Position numbers and translations under genes: made by a program. From the NCBI GenBank assembly GCA_041752695.1, contig JBGSVZ010000085.1, forward strand, positions 32,001 through 96,000: DNA of 64,000 nucleotides. Direction: 5' to 3'. The notes beneath the pieces were generated by a model. The model was not told the DNA's origin. It worked only from the letters and a program-made list of their open reading frames with translations, and searched no databases. Position 1 is the first letter of the stretch. Each line of letters opens with the position of its first letter. This DNA comes from Terrimicrobiaceae bacterium. Its GTDB lineage: Bacteria; Verrucomicrobiota; Verrucomicrobiia; Chthoniobacterales; Terrimicrobiaceae. Below, in pieces: positions 62,008-64,000 of this stretch.

Positions 62008-62754
62008 ATGCACAAACTCGTATTGATTCGTCACGGCGAAAGCACGTGGAACAAAGAAAATCGCTTCACCGGCTGGACCGACGTGGAACTTTCCGACAAG
62101 GGGCGCGAAGAAGGCGCCGCCGCCGGCAAACTCATGAAGGCCGAAGGCTACACGTTCGACGTGGCGTATGTCTCCGTGCTGCGCCGCGCGCTCAACACCC
62201 TCTGGCTTGCCCTGAGCGAGATGGATCTTCTCTGGATTCCCATGGAAAAATCCTGGCGTCTCAACGAGCGGCATTACGGGGCGCTCCAGGGCCTCAACAA
62301 GGCCGAAACCGCTGCCAAATACGGCGACGAGCAGGTCCTCGTCTGGCGCCGCAGCTACGACATTCCTCCGCCTCCCTTGGAGAAAACCGACGAGCGCTAT
62401 CCGGGAAACGATCCGCGTTACAAGGACGTTCCCGAAGCTGAACTTCCCCTCACTGAGTGTCTCGAGGACACCGTCGCGCGTTTTCTCCCGCTCTGGCATG
62501 AGACGATTGCCCCGGTCGTCCGTTCCGGCAAAAAGGTCATCATCGCGGCCCACGGCAACAGCCTGCGAGCCCTTGTAAAATACCTCGACCAGCTCACCGA
62601 GGAGCAGGTTCTGGGCCTCAACATTCCCACCGGCGTTCCTCTCGTTTACGAGTTGGACGAGGAATTGAAACCGATCCGTCATTATTATCTCGGCGACCAG
62701 AGCGCCATCGAAGCCGCCATGCATGCGGTGGCGAATCAGGGCAAGGCCAAATAA
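62008..62754 (+). CDS. gpmA: 2,3-bisphosphoglycerate-dependent phosphoglycerate mutase
   Basis: [30 protein letters not shown]. Confidence 0.97.
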   Translation: MHKLVLIRHGESTWNKENRFTGWTDVELSDKGREEGAAAGKLMKAEGYTFDVAYVSVLRRALNTLWLALSEMDLLWIPMEKSWRLNERHYGALQGLNKAETAAKYGDEQVLVWRRSYDIPPPPLEKTDERYPGNDPRYKDVPEAELPLTECLEDTVARFLPLWHETIAPVVRSGKKVIIAAHGNSLRALVKYLDQLTEEQVLGLNIPTGVPLVYELDEELKPIRHYYLGDQSAIEAAMHAVANQGKAK

Positions 62755-62762
62755 ACTTCAAG

Positions 62763-62791
62763 CGGGACGCAGCGCCCCTGCGTCCCGTTTT
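62763..62791 (+). terminator. Intrinsic terminator after gpmA
   Basis: CGGGACGCAG-cgccc-CTGCGTCCCG-TTTT. Confidence 0.75.
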
Positions 62792-62800
62792 CCCTGGCCC

Positions 62801-63256
62801 ATGTGCAATCGTTTCCGATCCGTCGTCGGCAAGGAATGGAAACCGGGGGACGCGCTGCCCCTGGAATTTCTCGATGGCACCCCGGCGGAAGGTGTCTGGG
62901 CCGGTTTTGCCACGCGGGAAAAATTGCGCTGGTGGCTCCGCCAGCCGGGAAACCAACTCGCGCAAAGTGAACTTGTCGAATCTTTTGCCGAGCGCACGGA
63001 TGATTCCGGCGACATCATCTGGGGCCCCGTCTCCCCGGCCACACATTTTCTTTTTGTTGTCCAGCCGCCGCTGCCCGGAAAGTCCTACCAGCTGGCGCGC
63101 ATGATTACCGACGAGGCCAATCCGGAACAGGCCACGTATTTCCGGCACGGCCGTATCCCGCTTTTCGGCACATTGTCTTCAGAAGGCGACATTGTGGAAG
63201 TTTCCCAGGATGCTCTTCCCCCGCCGCCCCCGAAGGCGCAAGGGGAGCTTTTCTGA
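62801..63256 (+). CDS. Compact SRAP/YedK-like abasic-site processing protein (151 aa)
   Basis: N-terminus MCNRF; ESFAER; MITDEAN; HGRIP. Confidence 0.65.
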   Translation: MCNRFRSVVGKEWKPGDALPLEFLDGTPAEGVWAGFATREKLRWWLRQPGNQLAQSELVESFAERTDDSGDIIWGPVSPATHFLFVVQPPLPGKSYQLARMITDEANPEQATYFRHGRIPLFGTLSSEGDIVEVSQDALPPPPPKAQGELF

Positions 63257-63313
63257 CCTCGCGGACGGAAGGAATACGTCCGGGGTATCCATGACCCGCG
63301 AATAGGGGATGTC

Positions 63314-63793
63314 ATGAAAACATCCACCTTCCTTACCCTCGGCGGAGCACTCGCCATCTGCCTTTCTGCGTGCGAAGAAAAAAAATCGCCCGTTGTGGAA
63401 AAACCCACCGCCGTTACCTCGAATCTTGAGACCACCCGGCTCGGCACCGCCATCGACGGCTACATCGCCACCCCCAGCGATGCCCAGGCCGCCGAGGTGG
63501 AAAAGGCCTTCGCCGAAATTGACGGCGAAATTGCGGAACTGGATCAGAAGATCGCACGCGCAACCGGAGCCGATCTCACCGAAGCCCAGACCAAGGCCGG
63601 CAATCTTCGCACCTATCGCGACAAGGAAAAACTCCGCTACACGGAAGCCCAGGCCCGCGCCAAAACCAATGCCGCGGTGCGCTCGACGGAAGACACCGCG
63701 GAAAAGATCGGGGATAGCGTGAAAAACGCCGCCGAGGCCGTCAAGGACGGTGTGAACAATGCGGTCGATACCGTGAAAGAGAAGCTGGACTGA
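63314..63793 (+). CDS. Helical lipoprotein, hypothetical
   Basis: LSAC lipobox; Ala/Lys/Glu-rich amphipathic helices; GGGG upstream of the ATG. Confidence 0.8.
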   Translation: MKTSTFLTLGGALAICLSACEEKKSPVVEKPTAVTSNLETTRLGTAIDGYIATPSDAQAAEVEKAFAEIDGEIAELDQKIARATGADLTEAQTKAGNLRTYRDKEKLRYTEAQARAKTNAAVRSTEDTAEKIGDSVKNAAEAVKDGVNNAVDTVKEKLD

Positions 63794-63814
63794 TGGCCGC
63801 AGGGGGGGCGGCGG

Positions 63815-64000
63815 TTAGACGAACTCCAGCGCCGGCGTTCTCTCGATCAGCCCGTGCCGTTCGGCGAGGGTGACGAACCACGAAATCGCATCGCGCTCGG
63901 GCTGGCCGACATCGTAGCGGATTTGCCGGTTGAGATAGTCCCGCGCAAATTCCGGATGACTCTCGCCGACGGCAATCTGTTCCCGGGCGGCCAGTCCGAG
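63815..64000 (-). CDS. C-terminus of an MqnA/MqnD-family menaquinone (futalosine pathway) protein, probably MqnA (partial)
   Basis: Manual translation ...EFARDYLNRQIRYDVGQPERDAISWFVTLAERHGLIERTPALEFV* resembles the MqnA C-terminus. Confidence 0.6.
   Translation of the reverse strand, partial: LGLAAREQIAVGESHPEFARDYLNRQIRYDVGQPERDAISWFVTLAERHGLIERTPALEFV

Overview
A 64-kb GC-rich, mostly housekeeping chromosomal window, most likely from a Verrucomicrobiota bacterium (two PEP-CTERM proteins, TIGR03790, DUF2851, W-x3-DP helical-repeat protein). It carries about 50 CDS: partial amtB with a sigma54 promoter, dedA, an ExoD-family gene, a livKHMGF-type ABC operon, an OprB porin, cytosine deaminase, MMPL+LolA, an FAD monooxygenase, kdsB-pyrG, manA, ftsK, two PilT-family ATPases, recN, an aldo-keto reductase, an L,D-transpeptidase, speA (frameshifted in a G7 tract)-gcvTHP, a di-heme DUF1111 protein, DsbD/redoxin, xth, gpmA and a partial mqnA. 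I saw no rRNA, tRNA, CRISPR array or intact transposase. The most unusual signals are: (1) several families of miniature repeat elements, including 9-bp-periodic inverted repeats, GGAG-REP hairpins with covarying stems, an IS5-like MITE with a target duplication that carries a REP doublet, a 60-bp element nested inside another repeat, and heptamer arrays sitting in-frame inside ftsK and dsbD; (2) a compact 151-aa SRAP/YedK-like protein near xth; (3) a degenerate imelysin-like lipoprotein; (4) small ORFs missed by the ORF track, with apparent leaderless promoters. All calls come from reading motifs by eye; no database searches were run.
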